A stretch of DNA of 64,000 nucleotides from Candidatus Eiseniibacteriota bacterium (GCA_963762255.1 CAVXKA010000001.1:1120001-1184000), one strand, 5' to 3'. Shown: positions 52,942-63,740, numbered from the stretch's first letter. Notes: generated by a model not told the origin, from the sequence alone. Numbers and translations: made by a program.

Positions 52942-54990
52942 CTACCTGCCGCCGGGCAGAAGCACCACGCGCATCGCCTGCGCGGCTCCCGCGGGACGCA
53001 GGAAGTAGGCGCCGGGAGCCAACCGCATACCGCTTGCGTCGCGGCCATCCCATACCAGATCACCGGCTGCGCCGGTCGACAACGAGCGCACCCGCCGCCC
53101 ACGCACGTCGAACACGTCGATCCGCACCCACGGCGCGGCACCGGCAAGGTTCAGGCGATCGCGGAACGGGTTGGGCCACGCGGCGAGCCGCGCGGGCAGG
53201 ATGGGCTCCACGGCGGTGGTCGCGTCGAGGATGTTCTCGTCCAGCATCTTGTTCGCTGGATCGAGCACCACCGAGATCGGCGAGGCTGAAACCGGGAACG
53301 AGAGCACCTGGCTCTGGCTCTCGATCCAGCCCGTCACCAGCGTATCGCCGGCGGTCGTGGTGATGCGCACCTCGAGCGGGTATCGGAAGATCGTCCCGCT
53401 GGTCTGCATCTGGTGCGCAACGATCTGCACCAGCCATTGCTCCCCGATCTGCGCGAACATCGGGGTGTAGTAGAGCTTGGGGTGTCCCTTCCCATAGAGC
53501 CATTGATCGAAGAACCACTGGAGCGACGCGCCGTAGTGCGGCTCCATGGCCGCCTGAAAGTCCGCGCTGGTCGCGGCGCCGAAGGCATGCGCGTTCAGGT
53601 AATCCGTGATACCCGCGTCGAACGGCGCCTTTCCCATGAGGTGGCGCAACATGTTCAGCACCCAGCCGCCCTTGTAGTACTCGATGCGGCTGAAGAGGTA
53701 CTGCGGCGGGGGATCGATGATGGGATGATCCTGGCCGGCATTCTCCGCGCTGAACACCTGGTTCTGCGCGTTCTGCATGCGACTCGCGAACGTGGCGGGG
53801 CCGTAGAAGTTCTCCTGCCAGACCGCCTCATAGAAGGTGGCGAACCCCTCGTTGAGCCAGATATGCGCCCAGCCGCCGCAGGTCACCAGGTCACCGAACC
53901 ACTGATGGGCGAGTTCATGGGCGGTCACCCATTCGTAGGTGAGGCCGCTGGTGAAGATGAACGAGGCCATCAGGGTCGCGCTCTGGTGCTCCATCCCGCC
54001 GCCGAAGTTCGCCTCGCACATCGCGTACTTGTCGAAGGGGTAGGGGACGACGGTGGAGTCGTAGAAGGCGATCATCTCGTCGACATGCTGGAACGCGACG
54101 GTGGCCTGTGGGACGTGTGCCGGGTACGTGTACCAGACGAGCGGCGTGACCGAGAACGCCGGCGTCACCGTCGAGTAGTTGGAGATCGCCGCCGCCATCA
54201 GGTAGGTGGCGAGCGGATGGTCCTCGCGCCAGTGATAGACCAGGTCGCTCCCGGCCACGGTCGTGGAGTCGAGCACCCCGTTGCCGGCCAGGATCTTCCC
54301 CGCGGGTACGCGCCCGTGGAGCGAGAGCGTCGCCTTGTCCCAGGGGACGTCGCGGCAGGGGAACCAGTAGCGCGAGCCCTCGGGTTCGGTGAACGTGTAC
54401 GCGGCGTCGGCATAGTTGTAGAACGCGCTCGTCGGGTGCCCACCGTAGTCGATTGCCACGGTCACCGTATCGCCCGGTGTCGGAGTGGGCGACACGGTGA
54501 TGGTGATGCCGGTGCCGTCCTGCACGAACGAGAGCGGCGCACCGGCACCGTTGCGCACGGCCGACGCGGCGAGCCCCACCAAGTCGAGGCGCAGCGTGTT
54601 CCCAGCGGTGCTTCCCCAGAGTACGGTCAACGTCGCGTTGCCCTGGATCGTGGTGTCACTGAGTCCGAAGGTGAGGGCGAGATCGTAGTGCAGCGCGTCC
54701 GCGGGAGGATCGGTTTCGACGGGGGGCCAAACGGACAGGCTCCGCAGCCGTCCGGATTCCCATGCGCCCAGGTCGAAATCCGCGGCAGGGGCGCCCTGGT
54801 CGAGAGGGCCGGCATGGTTGGAGTCGGTGACCCGACTCTGGACCAGCGGCAGGTGCCAGTCCTTCACGGGAACTTCCGCGGGATCGAACGGCGTTTCTTC
54901 CTGGATCTCCACAGGAGAGAGGCCGAGCAGCGGGATCAGCAGGAGGAACGGCAGCGCTACGCGTCGGAGCGAAGTTGCGATCATGGCCAC
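52942..54990 (-). CDS. Secreted M1-family aminopeptidase with a C-terminal FlgD-Ig/T9SS-like sorting domain
   Basis: Signal peptide; 'GGMEHQ', 'HELAHQWFG...WLNEGFAT', 'YYKG'; CTD 'WPNPF...FDVRGRRVR...WDGRD..G...PGAYF'. Confidence 0.93.
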   Translation of the reverse strand: MAMIATSLRRVALPFLLLIPLLGLSPVEIQEETPFDPAEVPVKDWHLPLVQSRVTDSNHAGPLDQGAPAADFDLGAWESGRLRSLSVWPPVETDPPADALHYDLALTFGLSDTTIQGNATLTVLWGSTAGNTLRLDLVGLAASAVRNGAGAPLSFVQDGTGITITVSPTPTPGDTVTVAIDYGGHPTSAFYNYADAAYTFTEPEGSRYWFPCRDVPWDKATLSLHGRVPAGKILAGNGVLDSTTVAGSDLVYHWREDHPLATYLMAAAISNYSTVTPAFSVTPLVWYTYPAHVPQATVAFQHVDEMIAFYDSTVVPYPFDKYAMCEANFGGGMEHQSATLMASFIFTSGLTYEWVTAHELAHQWFGDLVTCGGWAHIWLNEGFATFYEAVWQENFYGPATFASRMQNAQNQVFSAENAGQDHPIIDPPPQYLFSRIEYYKGGWVLNMLRHLMGKAPFDAGITDYLNAHAFGAATSADFQAAMEPHYGASLQWFFDQWLYGKGHPKLYYTPMFAQIGEQWLVQIVAHQMQTSGTIFRYPLEVRITTTAGDTLVTGWIESQSQVLSFPVSASPISVVLDPANKMLDENILDATTAVEPILPARLAAWPNPFRDRLNLAGAAPWVRIDVFDVRGRRVRSLSTGAAGDLVWDGRDASGMRLAPGAYFLRPAGAAQAMRVVLLPGGR

Positions 54991-55114
54991 ATCCTCGGTG
55001 AAGGGATCGAAACAGGCACGTTGAGTATAGCCGATCCTCGCCCCCCACCCGCTGGAACCGAGGCAGCGGCGGCGCTAAAGTTGAGGGCGTCCCCACTGAC
55101 AGATGGAGGTTGCC

Positions 55115-55831
55115 ATGTCGCGTCACCCGGTTCTGCCCCTCACTTGCAGCATCTGCGGTCGCACCTTCCCGCGTCCGCAGCTTGTCCCCGCAGAGACCCT
55201 GCGCGCGGGCATCGTAGCGGAGATCGAGCGCGAACGGTCGGGGTGGCTCGCGGACGGCTTCGTGTGTCGGGACGATCTCATCCGGTTTCGCGAGCGCTAC
55301 ATCGAGGGCCTGGTGGAGACCGAGAAGGGTGAGCTGACCACGCTCGAGCAGGAAGTCGTCGAGAGTCTCAAGCAGCACGAGATTCTCTCCCGGAACATCG
55401 ACGACGAATTCGACCGGGATCTGAGCCCCGGGGACCGCCTCGCCGACGGTCTCGCAAGCTTCGGAGGAAGCTGGCGGTTCATCATCCTCTTCGGGGCGGT
55501 CATCGTGGTCTGGATAGCGCTCAACGCCGTTCTTCTTATCCGCAAACCCTTCGATCCCTATCCTTTCATTCTTCTCAACCTTGTGCTCTCCTGCCTCGCC
55601 GCCATCCAGGCCCCCGTCATCATGATGAGCCAGAACCGCCAGGAGTGGCGCGACCGCCTGCGCGCGAAGCACGACTACCAGGTGAACATGAAGGCCGAAC
55701 TGGAGATCCGCCAGCTTCACGAGAAACTGGATCACTTGCTGTCCCATCAATGGGAACGGCTGGTCGAGATTCAACAGGTTCAGCTCGAGCTGATGAGCGA
55801 GATGGCGTCGCCGAAGCCCAAGAAGGAGTAG
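55115..55831 (+). CDS. DUF1003 membrane protein with an N-terminal Cys cluster
   Basis: 'GGSWRFI', 'FDPYPFILLNLVLSCLAAIQAPVIMMSQNRQ', 'KAELEI'; N-terminal CSIC...C. Confidence 0.92.
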   Translation: MSRHPVLPLTCSICGRTFPRPQLVPAETLRAGIVAEIERERSGWLADGFVCRDDLIRFRERYIEGLVETEKGELTTLEQEVVESLKQHEILSRNIDDEFDRDLSPGDRLADGLASFGGSWRFIILFGAVIVVWIALNAVLLIRKPFDPYPFILLNLVLSCLAAIQAPVIMMSQNRQEWRDRLRAKHDYQVNMKAELEIRQLHEKLDHLLSHQWERLVEIQQVQLELMSEMASPKPKKE

Positions 55832-55835
55832 AGCC

Positions 55836-56564
55836 ATGCGCGTGACGACGCGATGGGGATGGATGGCCGCAGTGTTCGGCGGGCTCGTGCTTCTCGCCGC
55901 TGCCGCCCCGCCCTCCGCGGAGCGCCGCGAGGAAAGGAACGCCATGGTCGTGGATATCCTGAGTCGTTATCCGAGTCCCGGCGTTGACGATCCCCGCGTT
56001 CTGGCCGCGATGGCCGCGGTGCCTCGGCACCGGTTCGTGCCGGAAGGAGTCCGTGACCGGGCGTACGAAGACATGCCGCTACCCATCGGCTACGGGCAGA
56101 CGATTTCGCAGCCCTACATTGTCGGTCTCATGACGCAGCTCGCCGATGTGGACTCCGGGATGAAGGTGCTCGAGATCGGCACCGGCTCGGGGTATCAGGC
56201 GGCGATCCTCGCCGAGCTGACACCCGACGTGTACACGATCGAGATCCTGGCGCCGCTGGCGGCGCAAGCGAAGGCCGTGCTGCTGGAACTCGGCTATACG
56301 ACGGTGCACTGCAGGACGGGGGACGGATACGCGGGTTGGCCTGAGGCCGCGCCCTTCGACCGCATCCTCGTCACCGCCGCGCCGGACCATGTGCCGCCGG
56401 CTCTGGTGGAGCAGCTCGCACCGGGCGGGCGCATGATCATTCCGGTCGGTCCGCGCTGGGGCGCGCAGTCGTTGGTGCGGCTCACCAAGGACGATACGGG
56501 AAAGGTACGCACCGAGAAGGTGCTGCCGGTTGCGTTCGTGCCTCTGGTGCGCGAGGAGAAGTAG
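55836..56564 (+). CDS. pcm: Protein-L-isoaspartate O-methyltransferase with an N-terminal hydrophobic leader
   Basis: 'VPRHRFV', 'GQTISQPYIV', 'VLEIGTGSGYQAA', 'APFDRILVTAA', 'FVPL'. Confidence 0.95.
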   Translation: MRVTTRWGWMAAVFGGLVLLAAAAPPSAERREERNAMVVDILSRYPSPGVDDPRVLAAMAAVPRHRFVPEGVRDRAYEDMPLPIGYGQTISQPYIVGLMTQLADVDSGMKVLEIGTGSGYQAAILAELTPDVYTIEILAPLAAQAKAVLLELGYTTVHCRTGDGYAGWPEAAPFDRILVTAAPDHVPPALVEQLAPGGRMIIPVGPRWGAQSLVRLTKDDTGKVRTEKVLPVAFVPLVREEK

Positions 56565-56632
56565 CCGACCGCAAAATGCTCACCCGGGTGAGCATCGGGC
56601 CTAACCACTCGTTGCATCCCACGCGAGGTGGA

Positions 56633-57685
56633 TCAGTGATCGTGCCGGTGGTGCAGGTCCGGCCAGTGCGGATGAGCGTGCGCGAGCGGCTGGTGCGTGT
56701 GCCAATGCGTGTGCGCCCCGTCGCGGGGCGGTTCCGCGTGCTCGTGGAGGTGATGCGCATCGTCGTGCCGGTGCCGATGCACGTGCTCCTGCTGTCCGTG
56801 AACGTGCTCGTGTCCGTGGCCGCTGCGGAATAGCACGGTCACGGAGGCCGCCAGAACGACCGCGGCGGCGATCTCGATGATCCCGATCGGTTCGTGGAGG
56901 GCCAGCACCGAGACGGCTGCGCCCATGAAAGGCGCGGTCGCGAACAGGGCCTGGGCCCTCGTCGCGCCCAACTCCTGCGCCGATCCGATGTAGAGCAAGA
57001 TGCTGATGCCGTACGACACCGCCCCGAGGCCGATGGCCCCGGCGATCGCAGCGGGCGGGGCATGGAGTGGACTCAACAGCGCGCCGAGCCCGAGGTTCAC
57101 CAGGCCCGCGACGATTCCCTTCCACAGCGTACTTCGGGCGGGGGTGATGCCATCGATGAGCGCGGTGAGCTGATTGTCGAGTCCCCAGCACAGACACGCC
57201 CCGGCCACGAGAGCTCCGGAGAGTAGACCCGGATTTCCGCCGTGCCCGGAAAGGAGTGCGGCGGCCAACGTGATCCCCGTCACCCCGAACCACCCCAGGC
57301 GGTGAAGGTGGTCCCGGAAGAAAATGACCCCCAGCGCCGCGGTGGCAGCCATCTCGAGGTTCAGGACCAGTGCCACCGAACTCGCCGCTGCGATGCGCAG
57401 TCCCGAGAGAAGAAGGACCGGGGCAAGCACGCCACCGAAGAGAATCGCGAGGGTCAGACGGCCGCCGCCGCCGCGGCGCGCCCGACCGGAGGCTCGACGC
57501 GTTTCCATCGCGACCACGGGGAGAACCCCGACCGCTGCGCCGAGGTAGAGAAGACCCGCGAGTTGGAGCGGCGCCAAGTGACGCAACAGGATCTTGCTTG
57601 CGGGCGTGGAGACGCCGAAGAGCAAAGCCGATGTCAAAGCGAGCATGACCGCGCTCGCGGGCGCGCCCCCGCGAACGCGCGGCAA
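56633..57685 (-). CDS. EamA/DMT transporter with a His-rich C-terminal tail
   Basis: About 10 TM helices; 'LYLGA', 'WGLDN'; tail 'HGHEHVH...HPHWPDLHHRHDH'. Start uncertain (TTG 57685 or ATG 57646). Confidence 0.88.
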   Translation of the reverse strand: MPRVRGGAPASAVMLALTSALLFGVSTPASKILLRHLAPLQLAGLLYLGAAVGVLPVVAMETRRASGRARRGGGGRLTLAILFGGVLAPVLLLSGLRIAAASSVALVLNLEMAATAALGVIFFRDHLHRLGWFGVTGITLAAALLSGHGGNPGLLSGALVAGACLCWGLDNQLTALIDGITPARSTLWKGIVAGLVNLGLGALLSPLHAPPAAIAGAIGLGAVSYGISILLYIGSAQELGATRAQALFATAPFMGAAVSVLALHEPIGIIEIAAAVVLAASVTVLFRSGHGHEHVHGQQEHVHRHRHDDAHHLHEHAEPPRDGAHTHWHTHQPLAHAHPHWPDLHHRHDH

Positions 57686-58138
57686 CTACACCGTCCCCTT
57701 GAAGAGAGCCTTGTAGTCGATCGACGGAGCCTTGATCTGCGTGGCCAGGGACACGTACTTGCGGGCGAGAGCGTCCTTGCCCATGCCGAGCACTGTGCCC
57801 ACCAGTCCGAGCGCCTCGGCGAAATCGCGCGGATCGAGCCCCTTGAGCACCCGCGTCCAGATCGCCTCTTCCAGAACGTTGAACGCGGTCTGCACTTCGA
57901 GGAGATCGAATCCGGCGGTGAAGCGCTCTTCCGCGATGCGCCCGGCGTACTGCACCATCGGTTCGGCGTTGCGGCTCGCCATCGTCTCGCGCGCAAGATC
58001 GAAGAGGCGCTGCAGCCTCTCCCGCGCGGCGGCCTCGCCCTCCGCTTCATAGTGCTTGAGGTGGCAGCGTCCAAGCGACTCAAGCGCTTCGCGGACGATG
58101 TCGTCCCGATGGCGGTCCAGCAAGTCGAATACGGTCAT
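57686..58138 (-). CDS. Stand-alone RsbRD-N-like (globin-fold) helical protein
   Basis: 'IAEERFTAGFDLLEVQTAFNVLEEAIW' pattern; all-alpha, 150 aa; GGGAGGG RBS. Confidence 0.55.
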   Translation of the reverse strand: MTVFDLLDRHRDDIVREALESLGRCHLKHYEAEGEAAARERLQRLFDLARETMASRNAEPMVQYAGRIAEERFTAGFDLLEVQTAFNVLEEAIWTRVLKGLDPRDFAEALGLVGTVLGMGKDALARKYVSLATQIKAPSIDYKALFKGTV

Positions 58139-58214
58139 CTCACATCCCCTCCCATTCCTCGGCGCGAGGCGCGCGCCGCGCCGAGGCCCCAGACTGGCTC
58201 TCTGCGACCGCAGG

Positions 58215-61200
58215 TCAGGGCAGGAGCACCATCCGCCGCGCGGTTTCCTGGTTCTCCGCGGTGATCCGGTAGAAGTACACGCCCGCGCTCACCCTCCGGC
58301 CCCGTTCATCGCGGCCGTCCCAGACTTTCTCGTGCGAACCGGCCGTGCTCAGCTCCGCTCTAGCCAAGGTGCGCACCAGGCGGCCCTGGTAGTCGAAGAC
58401 GCGCAGCGTCACCGGGCAATCCTGCTCGAGGCGATAGCCGATCGTGGTCTGCGGGCGGAACGGGTTCGGCGCGTTGCCGAGATACGACACCATGCCCGCG
58501 TCCCGCTCGTCGTCCACCGGCGGGGTCGTGCCCCCTAGCGGCTTGAGGCGAATGTCGGCCAGTACCGCCGCGGTGTGGTCGTTGAGTTCGATCGGGGTTG
58601 GCGTCCCGCTTGCATCCAAGCTGAAGTAGGCCGGTGCGAAGCCGGGCCGGTCGGCGAACGCGTAGTACGTCCCCGCGGGAAGACCGGTGAGGACCAGCGT
58701 GCCGTTGTCGCTGCTCGAGCCGCCCGCACCCGGGATCTCGACCGGAGACATCGAGAGCGCGTTCACCAGATAGAAGAACGCGCCGCGCAGGTTCTCGCGG
58801 TGCAAGGCCATGACGAGGCTTCGCACGCTCGCGCTCGCCATGCCGGCACCCGCGCCGGGTTCGGTGCCCGCGCCGCCGTCGGTGCCGCCACCGTTGCCGT
58901 CGCCCACGCTGATCGAGTCCTCGCCCCCGCCGGAACCGGTCGAGTCACCGACCGCCACGCGCACGCGGCCGGCCTGAATGAACGGACCGCCGTTCAGCGC
59001 GGCACGCAACGTCATCGCCAACGGCGCCAGACGGATCCAGGGTCCGCCTGTCCCCACGCGCTGGGAAGCTTCCCACTTGTGGACATTCGGGTAGTACGCG
59101 GGCACGAAACCCTCGGCTTCCGCCGACAAGAGCACCTGCACCCCGACGGGAAGCCCGCCGACGTGGAACTGCCCCTCAGGGCCGGTCAGGACCGAGAACA
59201 CGGGACCATAGGGGCTTTCGGGATCTACGAACACGCGCACCAGCGCACCGGGGACGGGCGCTCCCGACGGATCGAAGATGCTGCCGGAGACGAAGCCGTC
59301 GTCGGGAGGCGTGACGACTTTGCCCACGAAGATACGACCGGCGTCGACCGGCATGCCCGGAAAGACCGAGAGCGGCACGGCCTGATCATAGGGAACGCCG
59401 CCCGGGTAGTACGCGGGCGCGGAATTCTCCAACTCCGCGGAAACGTAGTACGCGAGGCTTCCGTCCTCGCTCGCGGTGATCCCATCGACATAGAAGTGGC
59501 CGTCGGGCCCGACGATCGTGCGCAGCTCGTATGGTGCAAACGTCGGATAGGCTGCGGAAATCCGCACGACCGCCCCCGCGGCGGGCACGAGGCAGCGTTC
59601 TCCGTTGGGATCGCCGTCGGCACAGCGCACGTCGCCTCGGTACACCCATCCCTCGATGGCGCCATTCGGACCGGGGCCGACGAACGGGTAGAGAATGAAG
59701 TCGATCCCGCTCGTCGTCTCCCCCGGCGCCACGTCCACCCATTGCGTACCGTCCGCGCGGAAGGCGCCGCTGAAGTACTGGAGACCGTAGCCTTCCTTAT
59801 AGACGCTCACTACGTAGGGCGTGTCGGGCGGCAGCCGCAACGCGTACTTGCCGCTCGCGTCGGTCACGGCGCGATAGCCGATCGCGTTGGCGGTCATGTC
59901 GGGCAGGATCGGCGTGGCCACCACCTCGGCATCGGCCAGCGGTTGCGGCGGCCCATCGTTGGTCGGATGCATCGCAAGCACCGTCCCCGCGATGAGCGGC
60001 CGGTGCCGACGGGTCCGAGGGTGCGAGGTCGAAGCGAATCGGCTGAGGCAGGACCGCTGCGTCCATGCTGGGATCGGGTACCTGGATCAACGTGGCGTCA
60101 GCGATCAGTGCGGCATGGTTCCAGTACTGGTAACGATGCGCCCCGCCCCGCCCGGCGATCAATCGATAGGTGCCGGGAGGCGCGTCCATGTGGAAACTGC
60201 CATCCGGCCCGGTGTACGCAAGAATGCGAGAAGGAACCCCAGGGAACGGCGGCCAGGACCCATCGCCTGAACTATCCTCTCCCTTGTCCGGCGGCACCGA
60301 CCCGGTGTCCGTCAGCGTGTAGATCACCGGAATCGCGACCACCAACGCTCCGTCCACCGGCATTCCCTCGGGAATGGCCGACAGCGCGAAGACCGAGCCG
60401 TCGATGGGGTAAGTCTCGGGCGGCGGGGGAGGCTCGTTGCCGGGGAGTTTGAGCACGATGTCGTCGCGGTAGACGCCGGGAGCGAGATCGATCGGCAGCG
60501 CCTGCGCGGGATCGGTCACGCCGGGATACCAGACGACGCGTCGGGTGTTCGCTCCCGTCGCATCCCAGACGCTGCCCACCTCCACGCGAAGGTAGTGCCG
60601 GCCGGGCGTGACGTTTCCAAAGAGGAACCAGCCTTCCGGCCCGATCGGCGCGCCGTACTCCGGTGCGGTCGACGGCGTGAGAATGCTGTCGTTGGTGCCG
60701 TAGCTCAGCATCGCAACGCCGTCCAGCATCTGTCCGTCGAACTCGCCGACCACGCGGCCCGCGAGCGCGGCCACGTTGGGATCCAACGCGCGCACCTCGA
60801 AGGGCACCTGCAAGCGTCCCACCTCGCGGATGAAAAGCGTCGCGACGTGGGGGCCCGGACTCAGCGGATACTGCGCGGGATCGTGCAGGAGTTGCGGGTC
60901 GTTCTCGGGATCGAAGGTGATGCTCTCGCCGGGTGCGAGCGTGATCTGCCGCGCGAACTCCGCGCAGGCCCACATCGGGGTGTAGATGCCGTCGATCGTG
61001 TAGTGAACGGGGCATCCGTCCACGACGAACGTCGCGGTCGAGTCGCCGGAGTTGGTGACGGTAATATGGAAGCCCATCGGTTCGCCGACATCGGCCACCC
61101 GCGGCTCCGCCCATCCGTTCATTGCGAACGAGTTCGAGACCGTTCCCTGCACCGTGATCCGCGTCTGCGCGCGGGCGTGACCGAGGATTTCGCCGGTGAT

Positions 61201-61599
61201 GACGTGGGGTCCGGGCGTGAGACGATAGTCGTTGGAGGTGTGCGTGAACCGGCCGAGGATCTTGTCCTCGCCGGGAGCCAGCGTCACATAGGTGACTAGC
61301 AAGGTGCACCCGACGTGGTTGATCGAGTTGTAAGCATCGTCGATGCGGTAGGCGGCGTGGCATCCGCTCCTGAAATCGAGCGTCACCGACTCCTGCGTCG
61401 CGTTGATCGCGTGAACCGCAATCTCTATCGCTTCATCCGGCGCGTAGGCGAACTTGTCGGTGACAACCCGCGCGAAGATGCCGCTGGTGCTGTCGGGAGG
61501 CTCCCCGGGCGGCAGTTGGGCTGACGCGGGCAGAGTAGCGGCCAGCATCAGCGTCGCAATCACGAAGGCGATAGTGAGACGGGGTCGGTTGCGCAACAT
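58215..61599 (-). CDS. Large secreted protein with two BsuPI-like domains, repeated carboxypeptidase-regulatory-like beta-sandwiches and a FlgD-Ig sorting domain; frameshift near 59997
   Basis: Signal peptide; 'VTDKFAYAP...LDFRSGC'; repeated 'xYPG/YFSG/YYPN' modules; CTD 'PNPFRPQT...FDYQGRLVR...WDGRDERG...GVYFY'. The two ORFs join across one indel. Confidence 0.75.
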
Positions 61600-61846
61600 G
61601 ACGGCACCCCCTTGCGCCTTATGGACCCGGGCGGCGTGAAGCCGCGGAATCGTTCGAGGGGTATCCTCCGGGTTGCTGGGCGCTTACGGAGGAATTGTAC
61701 CGCAGTCGGCGCGCGCTGGTTTCGTGGCGTGTAATGGGTTACAAGATAACGAGTTGCTGGAATGTCGGCGAGGTCGGACTCCTGGTCCCCCTCAAGACCG
61801 CGCCCCCGGCTGCCAGGGTTGTGCCGCACAGGATAAGCTTCCCCCC

Positions 61847-62947
61847 ATGAACGCACAGACCCTCATCCTCTTCATCGCCGGGCTTGGGCTCCTCATCGTG
61901 GGCGCGGAATTGCTGGTGCGCGGGGCCTCGCGACTCGCCGCACTGCTCGGGATCTCGCCGCTTGCCATCGGTCTCACCGTCGTGGCGTTCGGCACCAGCG
62001 CGCCCGAGCTCGCTGTGTCCGTTCAATCCGCGATCTCCGGCCAGGCGGACCTCGCTCTCGGAAACGTGGTGGGGAGCAACATCTTCAACGTGCTCTTCAT
62101 CCTCGGCATCGCGGCGATCATTACCCCGCTCGTCGTATCGGTGCAGCTCGTGCGGCTGGACGTGCCGGTCATGATCGCAGCATCCGTCGCTCTGTTCCTT
62201 TGCGGGCTCGGTGGCGCCGTCACACGCATCGAAGGACTGTTCTTCGTGGCCGTCCTCATCGCCTACACCGTCTTCCTCCTGCGCAAGAGCCGCAAGGAAG
62301 CGCCAATCCTCCAGGACGAGGGACCCCATTTCGCTCCGCCCAAGCCGGGGACCTTGCCTCGCGCGGTGACGCTCAACGCGGTGCTCGTGCTCGGCGGCCT
62401 GGCCCTTCTCGTTCTGGGTTCGCGCTGGCTCGTGAACGGGGCGGTGAGCCTCGCCGAGTCACTCGGCGCAAGCAAGCTTGTGATCGGTCTCACGATCGTG
62501 GCCGCCGGCACCTCGCTCCCGGAACTCGCCACCTCGGTGTTGGCCGGCATCCGCGGACAGCGGGATATCGCGGTGGGCAACGTGGTGGGGAGCAACATCT
62601 TCAACGTGCTGGGCGTGCTGGGGCTTTCCGCGGCCATCTCTCCGGGAGGTGTGACCGTTTCGACTTCCGCGCTTCACTTCGATATCCCAGTCATGATCGC
62701 GGTGGCGGTGGCGTGTCTGCCGATCTTCTTCACCGGATCGAGAATCAACCGCTGGGAGGGTATCCTTTTCCTGGGTTTCTACGTCTCCTACGTGACGTAT
62801 CTGATCCTGCACGCCGCAGATCATGACGCGCTTCACGTTTACGGCCGTACCATGGCGTTCCTGGTGATCCCGCTGACCGCGATCACCCTGATCACGGTGG
62901 CGGCGCGGGAGCACCGAGCTAGGCGGGTTCCCGTCCCGGGGAAGTAG
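61847..62947 (+). CDS. Calcium/sodium antiporter (YrbG/CaCA family)
   Basis: Two alpha-repeats 'GTSAPEL...[10 protein letters not shown]' and 'GTSLPEL...[10 protein letters not shown]'. Confidence 0.95.
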   Translation: MNAQTLILFIAGLGLLIVGAELLVRGASRLAALLGISPLAIGLTVVAFGTSAPELAVSVQSAISGQADLALGNVVGSNIFNVLFILGIAAIITPLVVSVQLVRLDVPVMIAASVALFLCGLGGAVTRIEGLFFVAVLIAYTVFLLRKSRKEAPILQDEGPHFAPPKPGTLPRAVTLNAVLVLGGLALLVLGSRWLVNGAVSLAESLGASKLVIGLTIVAAGTSLPELATSVLAGIRGQRDIAVGNVVGSNIFNVLGVLGLSAAISPGGVTVSTSALHFDIPVMIAVAVACLPIFFTGSRINRWEGILFLGFYVSYVTYLILHAADHDALHVYGRTMAFLVIPLTAITLITVAAREHRARRVPVPGK

Positions 62948-63061
62948 TTGGCCTGGCGTCCGGCATTCGGTACACTTTTCGACTCTCAAACTAAACCATC
63001 AGCCCGCCCGCGGATTTCCGGTCCTTTTAGCGCCGAGCCGCGCGGCTCCAGGAGGAGTTTC

Positions 63062-63679
63062 ATGCAGGAACAGACCCCGTCCATCAGCAGCATCGTCGGG
63101 AAGAAGGCCCCGGATTTCGAGGTGATGGGCTATTTCAAGGGCGAGCTCAAGACCTTCAAGCTCTCCGACTACACGAGCAAGGGCAAGTGGGTGTACTTGC
63201 TGTTCTACCCGCTCGACTTCACATTCGTCTGCCCCACCGAGGTGCTCAGCTTCTCCAAGCACGCGGCTGAGTTCGAGAAGCGCGGCTGTCAGCTCCTCGG
63301 CTTCTCCGTCGACTCGCAGTTCACGCACAAGGCGTGGGTCGATTCCAAGGCGGAAGACGGCGGCCTCGGCGGGAGCCTCAACTACCCGCTGCTCGCCGAC
63401 ATCAACAAGACGGTGGCGGCTTCCTATGGGACGCTGAACGAGGCGGCGGGGGTGGCCCTTCGCGGTCTCTTCCTCATCGACCCGACCGGTCTGGTGCAGC
63501 AGGCCACGATCAACAACCTCTCGGTCGGGCGCTCGGCCACCGAGGCGCTGCGCATCCTCAAGGCCTTCCAGTACGTGGCGGCCCACGATGGTGAGGTCTG
63601 CCCCGCGGACTGGGACGAGGGCGAGGACACGATGAAGGCCAGCTCGAAGGGCATGCAGGAGTACCTCAAGAGCCACTAG
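63062..63679 (+). CDS. Typical 2-Cys peroxiredoxin (AhpC/Prx1)
   Basis: 'FYPLDFTFVCPTE', 'GEVCPADW'; AGGAGG RBS. Confidence 0.96.
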   Translation: MQEQTPSISSIVGKKAPDFEVMGYFKGELKTFKLSDYTSKGKWVYLLFYPLDFTFVCPTEVLSFSKHAAEFEKRGCQLLGFSVDSQFTHKAWVDSKAEDGGLGGSLNYPLLADINKTVAASYGTLNEAAGVALRGLFLIDPTGLVQQATINNLSVGRSATEALRILKAFQYVAAHDGEVCPADWDEGEDTMKASSKGMQEYLKSH

Positions 63680-63706
63680 GCCCGCATCGCAGCATCGGGT
63701 ACCTTC

Positions 63707-63740
63707 GGGGCGGGCCACCACGGCCCGCCCCTTTCTTTTT
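63707..63740 (+). terminator. Rho-independent terminator
   Basis: Stem GGGGCGGGCC / GGCCCGCCCC followed by TTTCTTTTT. Confidence 0.85.
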
